A program made the position numbers and the translations under genes. Below, piece by piece: positions 40,593 to 50,922 of a stretch of DNA of 64,000 bases (position 1 is its first letter; each line of letters starts with the position of its first letter). The stretch comes from an uncultured virus (IMG/VR IMGVR_UViG_3300043438_000835). Taxonomy: Duplodnaviria > Heunggongvirae > Uroviricota > Caudoviricetes. A model generated the notes under the pieces. It searched no databases. It was not told where the DNA came from and worked only from the letters and a program-made list of their open reading frames with translations. The DNA is taken from the IMG/VR virus record IMGVR_UViG_3300043438_000835; one strand, given 5' to 3'.

Positions 40593-42524
40593 ATGGCTGT
40601 CATCGAGATTGCAAAAATCCAGGTCCGAAGAGGACAAGAAAATCAAACAGGAATACCTGCACTTGCAGGTGGCGAATTTGCTTGGGCTGCTGATACAGAA
40701 CGTCTGTTCGTCGGCTTAAGAAGAGATGACGGTGGGTCACGTGACGCAAATGTAGAAATTCTAACAGAAAATCATCTGAAGAACTTCTTCCAAGTTAGTT
40801 TCACAACATCAACTTATATCTATAGAGAAGGTTCGGCTTCTGCTGTGGCAGGAATTGACGGTATTACTGAGTATGGTGGTGCCGAATGGGATCGAACTAT
40901 ACAAGATAAATTAGATGATATTGTTAGTGTAAGAGATTTTGGAGTTTACGGCAATGGTAATGATTGGGATCTAGATAGGTTACAATTTACTATTGATAGG
41001 CTGTTTTTAAATAATGCAAAGTACAATATTGATCCGGCTAAAAAGTTGTATTTTCCAGCCGGTACATATTACATAACAGGAACTGTTTATATTCCTGCTT
41101 ATACTAATATTATAGGTGATGGTATTGGAAAGACTGTATTTGTTTTGACAACGAATACATCTGCTATGATTAAAACAATGGATAGTCGGTCCGTCAGTGG
41201 CCTTAACCCACTTACATTCGACTCAGGTGGTTTTGTAACTACAGGTACTGCAAGATTCATTCAAATGAGTGATCTTACATTACAGTATAATACAGCTACA
41301 ACTGTTACATCAGCAATGAGTTTGTTAAGTCTTGACTGTGCCGACAACTCGTTAATTAGGAATGTAGAGTTTAAAGGCAATCACACAACGGGAACTGGAG
41401 TATTAACTACATCAGGTTACGTAGGATTAAACCTACGAGGTAAGACAGAAAACGGAACACATGCTAATTCTATTATTGACAATTGTTCCTTTGATGGTCT
41501 TTATTCTGGAGTTATATCTAATCATGATATTAAAACAATTACGATTCAAAACTCAGAATTTAATACATTGGTAAGAGGCGTAACATTTAATGATCCTAAA
41601 GACGGAACAGCCTTAGTTGGACCTACCTTTGTAAAAATTGCCAACAACAGATTTGATGTTATAGAACGAGAAGCTATTTACGTAGGTAGTAATGGTTCTA
41701 ACACAGGTAGTTATGTAATAAGTCAGAACAACTTTTTTGAAAGAGTTGGCATACGACACGATGACGAATACGGTGACATAGGATCAACCGCCAGCGCGGT
41801 TATTAGTTTCTTATCTGATCAAAACTCCAGCATCAATGATCATTTTAGACGAGCACTTGTTCATAAGCAATATATCAACACTCCTTTAACTACATATTAT
41901 AGACCTCTAGTTGACGGAAGAACTACACTAGACGAAGTATTTGTTACCACTGCAACTATCTATCCTGGCAACACTGCAACTACCTTCTTAAGATTACCTA
42001 TTACAGGCAACAGTCAACATTTAGGTATTAAGTACAGTGCATTTAGACAAAATGCAGGAGCAAGTACTGCTACTGTTATTATTGGCACAATAAACGGAAC
42101 CACTGCTACTATAAATGATACTACTTCAGTGTTAGAGTTTTCTACCGTTGAAATTCTTGTAGCTTCTACAGTAACTTCAGTTATTCCACCTAATACAGTA
42201 ATTGATGCGGTTGATTATGATACAAATACGATCACATTTTCAAATACTGTTACATTGGCGGCAACTGACATTTTAGCTTTTGCTTCACAGTTAGATAGAA
42301 TGGGTAACCTAGGTGTTTACCTACAAGATAGTGCAAACCCTAATGTATTGGTCACTGACGATTACAACTTTATCAATTCAGACGGTGGCCTAGCGTTCTT
42401 TGTCAGCGTAAATAATACAGGAAGCTATTACGAAATTAGTGCAAGTTTAAATACAGACACAAATTTTGGTCCTGTTATAACAGTTCCCGTAGTTCTTGAA
42501 TTCCAAAATAAATTAATGCTGTAA
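40593..42524 (+). CDS. baseplate/tail-associated protein with pectin-lyase-like beta-helix
   Basis: IAKIQVRRG...LAGGEFAWA N-terminus; RTIQDKLDDIVSVRDFG...LYFPAGTY...IIGDG. Confidence 0.65.
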   Translation: MAVIEIAKIQVRRGQENQTGIPALAGGEFAWAADTERLFVGLRRDDGGSRDANVEILTENHLKNFFQVSFTTSTYIYREGSASAVAGIDGITEYGGAEWDRTIQDKLDDIVSVRDFGVYGNGNDWDLDRLQFTIDRLFLNNAKYNIDPAKKLYFPAGTYYITGTVYIPAYTNIIGDGIGKTVFVLTTNTSAMIKTMDSRSVSGLNPLTFDSGGFVTTGTARFIQMSDLTLQYNTATTVTSAMSLLSLDCADNSLIRNVEFKGNHTTGTGVLTTSGYVGLNLRGKTENGTHANSIIDNCSFDGLYSGVISNHDIKTITIQNSEFNTLVRGVTFNDPKDGTALVGPTFVKIANNRFDVIEREAIYVGSNGSNTGSYVISQNNFFERVGIRHDDEYGDIGSTASAVISFLSDQNSSINDHFRRALVHKQYINTPLTTYYRPLVDGRTTLDEVFVTTATIYPGNTATTFLRLPITGNSQHLGIKYSAFRQNAGASTATVIIGTINGTTATINDTTSVLEFSTVEILVASTVTSVIPPNTVIDAVDYDTNTITFSNTVTLAATDILAFASQLDRMGNLGVYLQDSANPNVLVTDDYNFINSDGGLAFFVSVNNTGSYYEISASLNTDTNFGPVITVPVVLEFQNKLML

Positions 42525-42531
42525 GGAAAAT

Positions 42532-42966
42532 ATGTTTAACCAACCTGTAGATGACAGATTAACAGAGTGGACAAATCATAGAAGGAAATTAGACGAGGTT
42601 GAGAATCCCTTACAGGTAGTTTGGGATTTTTGGCACCATGCCCCCTTCATACCATATAATAGATCAATTGATCCTTACTATCAACAAAGCTGGCCCAGTC
42701 CTTGGGAAATTATTGTAGAAAATGTCTACGACGATTTTACCAAAGCACTAATGATTAGCTGGACGCTTAAATTGACAAAAAAATTTAAGGATAGTAACAT
42801 TGAAGTCCGCACTTTAGTAGACAACAACCAAACGAGAGAGTATAATTTAGTTTATATTGATGATAAGTGGGTTGTTAATTATGACGACAACGGACCTGTA
42901 CCAGTTGATAAAGTCAACGGGTCATTTAAGATAGAAAATCTAGTTGAAGTTACTGCCCCCAGGTAA
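42532..42966 (+). CDS. hypothetical protein
   Basis: SWPSPWEII motif; TAAGGA RBS. Confidence 0.6.
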   Translation: MFNQPVDDRLTEWTNHRRKLDEVENPLQVVWDFWHHAPFIPYNRSIDPYYQQSWPSPWEIIVENVYDDFTKALMISWTLKLTKKFKDSNIEVRTLVDNNQTREYNLVYIDDKWVVNYDDNGPVPVDKVNGSFKIENLVEVTAPR

Positions 42967-43001
42967 ATACCAGCTTAGAAGAAAAATAAAGGAAGTACCT
43001 C

Positions 43002-45332
43002 ATGATTACAGTGGTTAAACGTAATGGGAATCGTGTCCCCTTAGACATAGCAAAGATACAAAGACAGGTAGCATATTCGTGTAGAGGTATAGATGGAGTA
43101 AGTCCATCCATGATTGAGATCAAGGCACAGATTGAACTACACGACGGAATGACCACTAAAACCATCGACGAACTACTGTTAAAAGCAATGGTCGACTTGA
43201 TCGACGAAACAGAAAATCCAGAAATTAATAATGTAAACTATCAACAGGTAGCTGGCAGGCAAAAAGTCAGTATGTTACGTAAAGAAGTATACGGAGAGTA
43301 TGATCCTCCTAAACTATACAGCATTGTTAAAAAGAATGTAGAGCTAGGTATGTATACTAGTGATCTGCTAGAATGGTATACACAAGAAGAATGGGATATT
43401 ATTGACCTATTCATTGATCATAGCAAAGATGAAAACTATACCTATGCAGCCGTGGCACAATTGGCTGAAAAGTATCTAGTACAAAATCGTGCTACAGGTA
43501 TAATCTATGAAACTCCTCAGGTTCGTTATGCTATTGCCGCCGCAACAGCTTTTCACAATGAATCTAAGGATAAAAGACTAAAATTAGTAAAGGAATATTA
43601 TGAGTGTGCAAGTGATGGCCACTTTACTTTAGCTACCCCTGTCCTTGCTGGCCTTGGCACCACAACTAAACAATTCAGTAGTTGCGTACTTATTAGTAGT
43701 GATGATACTCTTGATTCGATCTTTGCCGCAGGCGAAATGATGGCCAAATATGCTTCAAAACGAGCCGGAATTGGTCTCGAAATTGGCAGAATCCGCCCCT
43801 TAGGGGCCCCTATTCGCAACGGTGAGATCAAGCATACGGGTATGATACCATTCTTAAAGAAATGGTTTGCAGACCTTCGCAGTTGCAGTCAAGGCGGTAT
43901 TCGTAATGCTAGCTGTACAGTAACTTTTCCCATCTGGCATTATCAGTTTGAGGACCTTATTGTTCTAAAGAACAACCAAGGTACCGAGGAAGTGCGGGTA
44001 CGCCAAATGGACTATAGTGTTGTTGTTAATGCTATGTTCTGGAATCGGTATAAGCGTGGCGAAACAATGAGTTTGTTTGATCCAGCAGAAGTTCCGGATC
44101 TATACGAAGCCTACTACAGAGACTCAGCAGAATTTGAAAAGTTGTATCTACAATATGAACAAGATAAGACAAAGAAAAAGAAAGTTGTATCAGCGGATGA
44201 GATATTCAAAAATGGAATCCTTAAAGAGCGAACTGATACGGGGCGTATATATCTTGTCAATATCGACAACGTTATTAACCAGGGTCCATTTGATACAACC
44301 TTGGATCCAATATATCAATCAAACTTATGCCAGGAGATACTTTTACCCACCCGCCCTTTCCAGAGAATTGAAGATCCAGAGGGACGAATTGCTCTTTGCA
44401 CTCTTGGCAGCATCAACTGGGGAGCGTTCCGTAACCCACAAGAGATGAGAAAAGCCTGTCGTGTGCTGGTCCGAAGTTTAAGTAATTTACTACAATATCA
44501 AGATTTTTTAAGTGTACAAAGTAAACTCGCTAATCAAGACTTCGAACCACTTGGAGTTGGCATTACTAATCTTGCTTACTGGCATGCACGTAAAAGTTTC
44601 AAATACGGGACCGATGAAGCATTAGCTGAAGTTAAGCGTTGGACGGAACACCAAGCATACTACCTAACCGAAATGAGTGTCGAGCTTGCCCAAGAACGTG
44701 GCCCATGCGGACGTAGTCAGTACACTTACTATGGTAAGGGAGTGTTTCCCTGGGAGCGTCGTAAACCTGGAGTTAACGAATTAACTGACTTTACTCCTAG
44801 TATGGATTGGGAACCATTACGTGAAAGAATGATCAAGTACGGTATTCGTAATGCTACCTTAATGGCCGTGGCACCAGTAGAGTCCAGTTCAGTTGTGTTA
44901 AACTCTACCAACGGAATTGAAATGCCGATGGAATTGATTTCTGTAAAGGAATCGAAAGCTGGATCGTTTGTACAAGTCGTGCCAGAGTACAAACGTCTAA
45001 AGAATCGTTATCAGTTGATGTGGGATCAGAAGGACTGTGTTGACTATTTGAAGACCAGTGCTGTGCTTGCTGCCTACATTGATCAAAGCCTGAGCACTAA
45101 TACATTCTACAACCCGGCACATTTTGCTGGAGGAAAAGTGCCGGGTACATTAATTGCTAAAAATTTAATGTTAGCCTACAAATGGGGCATTAAGACAATC
45201 TATTACAGTTTAATTAATAAAATGGGTGCAAAGGCAGATGTAACAAACACTAACATATCTATCCCCATTGCAATCAATGCCGCAGATAATGTAGTATTGT
45301 ACGATGATGATTGCGAAGCCTGTAAATTATAA
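43002..45332 (+). CDS. nrdA: ribonucleotide reductase class Ia alpha subunit
   Basis: ATP cone VVKRNG; QFSSCVL; QSNLCQEI; ALCTLGS; KTIYY; C-terminal CEACKL. Confidence 0.96.
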   Translation: MITVVKRNGNRVPLDIAKIQRQVAYSCRGIDGVSPSMIEIKAQIELHDGMTTKTIDELLLKAMVDLIDETENPEINNVNYQQVAGRQKVSMLRKEVYGEYDPPKLYSIVKKNVELGMYTSDLLEWYTQEEWDIIDLFIDHSKDENYTYAAVAQLAEKYLVQNRATGIIYETPQVRYAIAAATAFHNESKDKRLKLVKEYYECASDGHFTLATPVLAGLGTTTKQFSSCVLISSDDTLDSIFAAGEMMAKYASKRAGIGLEIGRIRPLGAPIRNGEIKHTGMIPFLKKWFADLRSCSQGGIRNASCTVTFPIWHYQFEDLIVLKNNQGTEEVRVRQMDYSVVVNAMFWNRYKRGETMSLFDPAEVPDLYEAYYRDSAEFEKLYLQYEQDKTKKKKVVSADEIFKNGILKERTDTGRIYLVNIDNVINQGPFDTTLDPIYQSNLCQEILLPTRPFQRIEDPEGRIALCTLGSINWGAFRNPQEMRKACRVLVRSLSNLLQYQDFLSVQSKLANQDFEPLGVGITNLAYWHARKSFKYGTDEALAEVKRWTEHQAYYLTEMSVELAQERGPCGRSQYTYYGKGVFPWERRKPGVNELTDFTPSMDWEPLRERMIKYGIRNATLMAVAPVESSSVVLNSTNGIEMPMELISVKESKAGSFVQVVPEYKRLKNRYQLMWDQKDCVDYLKTSAVLAAYIDQSLSTNTFYNPAHFAGGKVPGTLIAKNLMLAYKWGIKTIYYSLINKMGAKADVTNTNISIPIAINAADNVVLYDDDCEACKL

Positions 45333-45344
45333 AGAGAACCACAC

Positions 45345-46445
45345 ATGAGCAAAGAACAATACAATCTATCAAAACAAACAAACTATCTAAAACGTACAAT
45401 GTTTCTGGATCCAGCTGGTCCAGTTACTGTGCAACGCTTTGAAGAAGTCAAGTACCCTAAGATTACCAAGTACGAAGAACTTGCTCGTGGATTCTTTTGG
45501 GTCCCAGAAGAGATCAGTCTTACTAAAGACAAGATGGATCACAAGGATGCAAGTGATGCAGTTAAGCATATTTTTACTAGTAACTTACTGCGTCAGACAG
45601 CATTAGATAGTATTCAAGGTCGCGCACCTAATCAAGTATTTCAACCTGTTATCAGTATTCCTGAACTAGAAGCATTAGTAAGCAATTGGAGTTTCTTTGA
45701 AACAAATATTCACTCAAAATCTTACAGTCACATTATTCGTAATGTCTATGGCGTACCTAAAGAAGAATTTAACAAGATTCACGACACGGCTGAAATTGTT
45801 GGCATGGCTGCTAACATTGGTCGCTACTATGAGGATCTTCATCAGCTCAACTGTCGTAAAGAGTTGGGCGAGGAAATTGAACTCCATACTCATAAGCGAG
45901 CCATATGGTTGGCCTTACACGCATCATATGCATTGGAGGCTCTACGCTTCATGGTAAGTTTTGCCACAAGTCTAGCAATGGTAGAGAATAAGATCTATAT
46001 TGGCAACGGTAACATCATCAGTTTGATTCTACAAGATGAGTTGTTACATACAGAATGGACTGCCTGGCTGATCAACAACGTGACTAAAGATGATACAGAC
46101 TTTGTAAAACTTGAAGAAGAATGTGCAGAAGAAGTCTATACCCTCTATATGGATGTCATCCGAGAAGAAAAAGAGTGGGCAGATTATTTGTTCAAGCTAG
46201 GACCAGTTATTGGCCTTAATGCTACTATCCTGTCTGACTTTGTTGACTACACTGCGTTTGTGCGTTTAAAGGAAATTGGTATTAAGTATCAAGGAGAGCA
46301 TCCTAAGTTTAGTCCTATCCCTTGGTTCAACAAACACGTTAATATCAATAAGAAACAGACCGCCTTGCAAGAAAACGAAAGTACTAACTATGTCATCGGT
46401 GTTATGAGTGATGCAGTTAGTTACGACGAATTACCGGATTTATAA
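45345..46445 (+). CDS. nrdB: ribonucleotide reductase class Ia beta subunit
   Basis: FWVPEE; QTALDSIQ; FETNIHSKSY; LEALRF; DELLH. Confidence 0.96.
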   Translation: MSKEQYNLSKQTNYLKRTMFLDPAGPVTVQRFEEVKYPKITKYEELARGFFWVPEEISLTKDKMDHKDASDAVKHIFTSNLLRQTALDSIQGRAPNQVFQPVISIPELEALVSNWSFFETNIHSKSYSHIIRNVYGVPKEEFNKIHDTAEIVGMAANIGRYYEDLHQLNCRKELGEEIELHTHKRAIWLALHASYALEALRFMVSFATSLAMVENKIYIGNGNIISLILQDELLHTEWTAWLINNVTKDDTDFVKLEEECAEEVYTLYMDVIREEKEWADYLFKLGPVIGLNATILSDFVDYTAFVRLKEIGIKYQGEHPKFSPIPWFNKHVNINKKQTALQENESTNYVIGVMSDAVSYDELPDL

Positions 46446-46449
46446 AACT

Positions 46450-46824
46450 ATGGCATACTCAAATAAAGTAATTGACCATTACGAAAACCCTCGTAATGTA
46501 GGTAAGTTTGAAATAGACGACACTGTAGGTACAGGCATGGTCGGTGCACCTGCTTGCGGTGACGTAATGAAATTACAGATAAAGGTAGATGAAAATGGTA
46601 TTATTAGAGATGCTCGTTTCAAGACATATGGATGTGGTTCAGCAATCGCCAGCTCCAGTCTTGTCACTGAGATGGTTAAAGGAATGCATGTGGATGATGC
46701 TAGTAACATTCGTAATAGCCAGATTGCTGAAGAATTAGCACTACCGCCCGTTAAGATACATTGCAGTATATTGGCTGAAGATGCTATTAAAGCTGCTGTT
46801 GAAGATTATCGTAAAAAACATTAA
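46450..46824 (+). CDS. iscU: Fe-S scaffold IscU
   Basis: MAYSNKVIDHYENPRNVG...APACGDVM...GCGSAIASSS...LPPVKIHCS. Confidence 0.95.
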   Translation: MAYSNKVIDHYENPRNVGKFEIDDTVGTGMVGAPACGDVMKLQIKVDENGIIRDARFKTYGCGSAIASSSLVTEMVKGMHVDDASNIRNSQIAEELALPPVKIHCSILAEDAIKAAVEDYRKKH

Positions 46825-47151
46825 ATGATAACATTAATGGAACAAGCTGCCGCTAAAGTTAAGAAACATCTAGAACGAAGAGGCAAAGGGCTAGGGATAC
46901 GTATCGGTGTAAAAACCACAGGGTGTTCTGGCTTGGCTTATACGTTAGAATTTGTAGATCATGTTCCAGTAACTCGCGATCAATTTGTCTACGAAAGCAA
47001 CGGTGTTAAAGTTTGGGTAGATGGAAAATCTTATCCGTATGTTAATGGATTGGAAGTACACTGGGTACGCAACGGACTTAATGAAGGATTTGAATTTAAG
47101 AATCCTAACGAACGTGACCGATGTGGATGCGGTGAAAGTTTTAGAGTATGA
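46825..47151 (+). CDS. iscA: A-type Fe-S carrier IscA
   Basis: [12 protein letters not shown]...[14 protein letters not shown]. Confidence 0.92.
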   Translation: MITLMEQAAAKVKKHLERRGKGLGIRIGVKTTGCSGLAYTLEFVDHVPVTRDQFVYESNGVKVWVDGKSYPYVNGLEVHWVRNGLNEGFEFKNPNERDRCGCGESFRV

Positions 47152-47176
47152 ATTATCAGTTTAAAGGAAATATAAA

Positions 47177-47401
47177 ATGAAAGCGATTGTGTGGTCTAAG
47201 TACCATTGCCCCTACTGCGATCAAGCAAAGGCATTACTAAAACAGAAAGGCATTGCCTTTGAAGAAAAGAAAATAGGTGATGGTTATACCAAAGAAGAAT
47301 TATTAGAAGCTGTACCAACAGCTAGAGCAGTTCCCCAAATCTTTTTAGATGGGGAGCTAGTTGGCGGCTTCACCGAACTAAAGGCAAAACTAAATGGCTA
47401 A
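47177..47401 (+). CDS. glutaredoxin
   Basis: CPYC, VPQIF, GGF. Confidence 0.92.
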   Translation: MKAIVWSKYHCPYCDQAKALLKQKGIAFEEKKIGDGYTKEELLEAVPTARAVPQIFLDGELVGGFTELKAKLNG

Positions 47402-47840
47402 TAGTGATGATGAACTATCCATCTCTTTAGATGATCCACTCGACAATACCATGTCAATAGACATTAGCAATACGATGAACTACTCTTTTTCATCAACTGG
47501 TGCAACAGGAGCTTCGGGATCTTATTATGTATCTACTGGAGCAGGGGGTAACGGAACATGGGCAACTAACCCTTATGTTTTTACAACTGCTAATTCCAGC
47601 GTAGCAAGCATGTCACACGCAGGGCTACACGTTACTAGCGATGCTAAGTTTGATGGCGACATTAAATGGAAGGGCCGAAGCCTTGGAGAACTGTTAACTA
47701 CTATTGAAAAGAGACTGGCTATCCTAACTCCGGATCCGGCCAAGTTAGAGCACTTTGAGGCACTCCAGAAAGCATACCAGCATTATAAAACTCTAGAAGC
47801 ACTGTGCGAGATACCTGAGAAGAAAGATGACGGATCCTAA
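47394..47840 (+). CDS. hypothetical protein
   Basis: low-complexity N-terminus; IEKRLAIL.PD...LQKAYQHYKTLE C-terminus. Confidence 0.6.
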   Translation: MANSDDELSISLDDPLDNTMSIDISNTMNYSFSSTGATGASGSYYVSTGAGGNGTWATNPYVFTTANSSVASMSHAGLHVTSDAKFDGDIKWKGRSLGELLTTIEKRLAILTPDPAKLEHFEALQKAYQHYKTLEALCEIPEKKDDGS

Positions 47841-47985
47841 AGATCAAAAGATAGCTGCACTTGAGCAGCAACTTGCTAGGCTAACTCAGCAGGTTAAAGA
47901 ATTAAATCAGCGTGTCTCTTTTATAGAAAGAGAAAACGCCCGACGTAAACAAGACATAAACATTTTAGCACAACGAAAAGGATAA
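47827..47985 (+). CDS. 52-aa coiled-coil protein (not in track)
   Basis: MTDPKDQKIAALEQQLARLTQQVKELNQRVSFIERENARRKQDINILAQRKG fills the gap. Confidence 0.65.
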   Translation: MTDPKDQKIAALEQQLARLTQQVKELNQRVSFIERENARRKQDINILAQRKG

Positions 47986-47988
47986 AAC

Positions 47989-48276
47989 ATGTTATTAGAA
48001 AAACAAATCGCTACAGGAGATGTAGTAAGTCTTAAATTATTAAACGGTGACGAAATTATCGCACGTTTTGAAGGCGAAACAGCCACTGAGATTAAATTAG
48101 ACAGACCAAAAGCATTGACTATGAATGCACAAGGATTAGGAATGATTCCTTGGTTGTTCTTGGGTGCAAAAAATATAATCACATTACAAAAAGCACACGT
48201 ATTTTGTATGGTACCTAGTCAAAAGGAAGCCGCAGATCAATATATGCAAGGTACTACTGGTATAGCAATGGCTTAA
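47989..48276 (+). CDS. Sm/LSm-like fold protein
   Basis: VVSLKLLNGDEIIAR...L..P...GMIPW pattern. Confidence 0.55.
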   Translation: MLLEKQIATGDVVSLKLLNGDEIIARFEGETATEIKLDRPKALTMNAQGLGMIPWLFLGAKNIITLQKAHVFCMVPSQKEAADQYMQGTTGIAMA

Positions 48277-48297
48277 ATACTAGTTTAAGAGATCAAT

Positions 48298-48765
48298 ATG
48301 GCGATATATTCTATTACCCCGGACATTATAGAAGTCGATGAAGGCGGCAGTGTTGTTTTTACGGTTGATGTAACTGACGGTTCTACTAGTACATACGGTG
48401 TTACTATTAAATCAGGAACCAGTACATTTGCTAATGCAACAGACTTTTCTGATGTTTTTGGGCTTTGGGGAGACATTACATTACCGGATAGTTTATTATC
48501 CGGTGTAGTTACCTTTACCAAAACAATGTCGACAAACACTACTACACCACCTGAAGGTCCAGAATTTTTCATCGTCCAATTAAGAGAAAATAACACTTCG
48601 GGCGCAGTATTAGCCGTAACTCAAAACATTGTCATTGTAGATACCCCTATTAGCATTGATCCAGATAACGGTATGATAGGTGCTGTATCCAATGATAATA
48701 GTAAGCCTGCATTTTATTTTAACGGTAACTGGTATAAGATAACCGGTACCGCTATTCCATTGTAA
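48298..48765 (+). CDS. Calx-beta-like domain protein
   Basis: VDEGGSVVFTV...DF...EGPEFFIVQL. Confidence 0.5.
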   Translation: MAIYSITPDIIEVDEGGSVVFTVDVTDGSTSTYGVTIKSGTSTFANATDFSDVFGLWGDITLPDSLLSGVVTFTKTMSTNTTTPPEGPEFFIVQLRENNTSGAVLAVTQNIVIVDTPISIDPDNGMIGAVSNDNSKPAFYFNGNWYKITGTAIPL

Positions 48766-48774
48766 ACTAAACTT

Positions 48775-49602
48775 ATGCCTTATATTCCTGGTGGTGGTAG
48801 AATTAGCGATGTATATCGCAGCGGAAATGTGTATGTAAACAATGTTCCTGTCGCCTTGTGGCTTGCACCCGGGGGCAGTTCTGCCTTTGCAGGTGTAAGT
48901 GCATCTAGTGCAATAACAATTCCGCCTGATGTAGAAGTTGCTATTGCAACTCAGACAAACGATCTTGTTGCGGCGCAGATAGCAAACCCTTCCGGACAAA
49001 ATCAATATTATACTCCAGAGGCAGCAGTTGACGGAGTAAAAGGAAATTACGCACCTATTGAAGACCAAACATTCAATACAGGTACAGTTAGCACATCGAC
49101 TTCAGCATCCGATATCGTTCCGTTCTTGCAACGCACTATGGAAGAAGCAGGTCGAGGTATGTGGAGAGAAACTGGTCAGGCCGGAGGCGTTAGTAATAAA
49201 AATATTACAGGTATATGGTCCAATCTAGGATACCCTAATTCAGGACCGTGGGTCAGTGATCAAACTGCATGGTGCATGGGTTTCATAAACTTTGGATTAA
49301 AGTGTTCAGGATACAAATATGTCCAGACTGCAAGTGCAGCCGCAATAACAACCACACCCGAACGTTGGGGTGCAGTGCAGGTACCTAAAGATCAAGCACA
49401 GCCAGGTGATATTGCATTTTGGAGTTATAGGCACGTAAACTTTGTCTACACGGCTAACAATGGAAAGTTTACTTTTGTTGGCGGGAATCAAAGTCCAAAA
49501 GCAAGTAATAATCCAAATGATGGCGATGTTACAATTTCATACCCGGGTGGTACAGCGGCAAGTAATCCAAGTTGGGTAAGTTGCTGGAGAATTACCAAAT
49601 AA
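48775..49602 (+). CDS. CHAP/NlpC-type (TIGR02594-like) peptidoglycan amidase with PAAR-like N-terminal segment
   Basis: SGNVYVNNVPVA; DQTAWCMGFIN...PGDIAFW...HVNFV...VGGNQS. Confidence 0.7.
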   Translation: MPYIPGGGRISDVYRSGNVYVNNVPVALWLAPGGSSAFAGVSASSAITIPPDVEVAIATQTNDLVAAQIANPSGQNQYYTPEAAVDGVKGNYAPIEDQTFNTGTVSTSTSASDIVPFLQRTMEEAGRGMWRETGQAGGVSNKNITGIWSNLGYPNSGPWVSDQTAWCMGFINFGLKCSGYKYVQTASAAAITTTPERWGAVQVPKDQAQPGDIAFWSYRHVNFVYTANNGKFTFVGGNQSPKASNNPNDGDVTISYPGGTAASNPSWVSCWRITK

Positions 49603-49635
49603 TCGGTTGACAAACTGGTAAAATCACAGTATAAT
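49590..49635 (+). promoter_or_regulatory. sigma70-type promoter with inverted upstream box
   Basis: AATTACCAAA - 7 nt - TTGACA (49607) - 17 nt - TATAAT. Confidence 0.85.
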
Positions 49636-49655
49636 ATAAACAAGTAGGAAGCAGT

Positions 49656-49865
49656 ATGCAGGGAAAAGTTAAATGGTTTAATAATTCAAAAGGTTTTGGA
49701 TTTATCGTTCCAGATGGTACAACTGATGATGTGTTTGCACACTTTAGTCAAATCCAAATGGAAGGATATAAGACACTGGCAGTTGGACAAGAAGTAGAAT
49801 TTGATCTAACTGAAGGTGACAAAGGTAAGCAAGCTCAAAATATTCGATCAACTAAGAAAGTTTAA
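49656..49865 (+). CDS. cold-shock domain protein (CspA/CspD family)
   Basis: [15 protein letters not shown]...DVFAHFSQI. Confidence 0.93.
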   Translation: MQGKVKWFNNSKGFGFIVPDGTTDDVFAHFSQIQMEGYKTLAVGQEVEFDLTEGDKGKQAQNIRSTKKV

Positions 49866-49866
49866 A

Positions 49867-50013
49867 ATGTACACATACGAAGTTTGGATCCGACTTAACG
49901 CATATCAAACCGCACACGTTCGCGTAAATGCTAACGATGACCTGCAGGCCAAGATGCTTGCAGAAGCACAGTACGGTTCAGGTAACGTGTTAAACTGGAC
50001 CCGAATTGGCTGA
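49867..50013 (+). CDS. 48-aa hypothetical protein
   Basis: MYTYEVWIRL...AEAQYGSGNV; start moved to follow the csp stop. Confidence 0.6.
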   Translation: MYTYEVWIRLNAYQTAHVRVNANDDLQAKMLAEAQYGSGNVLNWTRIG

Positions 50014-50497
50014 TGAACGTTCAAATCTTGCCAAAGGAAGAACCAGTTATGATTCTACATCTACTGGTTCGTTAATTCCGTTCTTCAATAGAAACGTCAG
50101 TGAATATCCCACAGAAGCAGGCGGTATCAAATTTGACCTAGTTCCCGTAACTAAGCAAAAAGATATCATGATCAACCATGCTAGGATATATGCCCAGCAA
50201 GAATATGATCGGATTATGCAGTTAGTATCTGTACTTGAAACACAAGCCCAGCAGATCAAACGACGGTTAGAAATAACTGACGCAGTACATGCCGCTGAAT
50301 ATCAATTCAGCCCTGTGCTAGGACAATCATACTGGTTAACTTGGGACAAGAGGAAATCAAAAACATTGTTAGTGTTTCAGGGACCGGATGGATGGTCAAG
50401 TAGTGCTCCTGAAGATTATGAATATATTGCTCACGTAAAATATATGGGTGATCATACTTGGATGGAACTTGACAGTCAAGGCAATCCTGTTGTATAA
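50006..50497 (+). CDS. DUF2452-like protein
   Basis: YPTEAG..KFDLVPV...AEYQFSPVLGQSYWL...DHTW pattern (from memory of the family). Confidence 0.55.
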   Translation: MADERSNLAKGRTSYDSTSTGSLIPFFNRNVSEYPTEAGGIKFDLVPVTKQKDIMINHARIYAQQEYDRIMQLVSVLETQAQQIKRRLEITDAVHAAEYQFSPVLGQSYWLTWDKRKSKTLLVFQGPDGWSSSAPEDYEYIAHVKYMGDHTWMELDSQGNPVV

Positions 50498-50498
50498 T
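50469..50498 (+). promoter_or_regulatory. sigma70-type promoter for the tmRNA precursor, overlapped by TAAATA at 50498-50503
   Basis: TTGACA - 18 nt - TATAAT. Confidence 0.75.
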
Positions 50499-50501
50499 AA
50501 A

Positions 50502-50920
50502 TAATAGACTTTCGCAGGGGCAAGTTTGCGTAGCAGATATGCAGTAGGTGAGATTCCTGCAGGCTTAGCAGAGGCCAAACACACCCTGGGAAGTCTGTTA
50601 AAAGTTAAGACTGTATGAAGTAGACAGAAAAGGATTCAAGACGCGGGGGCAGTGCCCGCCAGGTCCACCATAAAACATATTTCCGACAGTAGGCGGAGGT
50701 GACAATGTCCATTCGGGTGAGTATGTTTTATAATGGGCCTGACACAGGATCGATTGGGTCAAGAGTATTGAAATGGACAGTCCGGCAATGTAGAAGCCGT
50801 TAGGATTGGGGTGACCCGGTCGCAGAAGCAAAAAACCTAAATGCAAACGATGCATACTTTGGAGAAGACCGCCTAGCAGCGTGATCTCCACGAGGTAGTT
50901 ATACCTTGTCACCCAAAATA
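50502..50920 (+). ncRNA. ssrA: circularly permuted (two-piece) tmRNA: acceptor piece ending CCA at 50670, intervening segment 50671-50734, coding piece from 50735
   Basis: acceptor stem GGGCCTG/CAGGTCC-ACCA with G3.U70; T arm GCGGG-GGCAGTG-CCCGC; tag ORF 50843-50884 ANDAYFGEDRLAA*; outer ends approximate. Confidence 0.92.
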
Positions 50921-50922
50921 GC

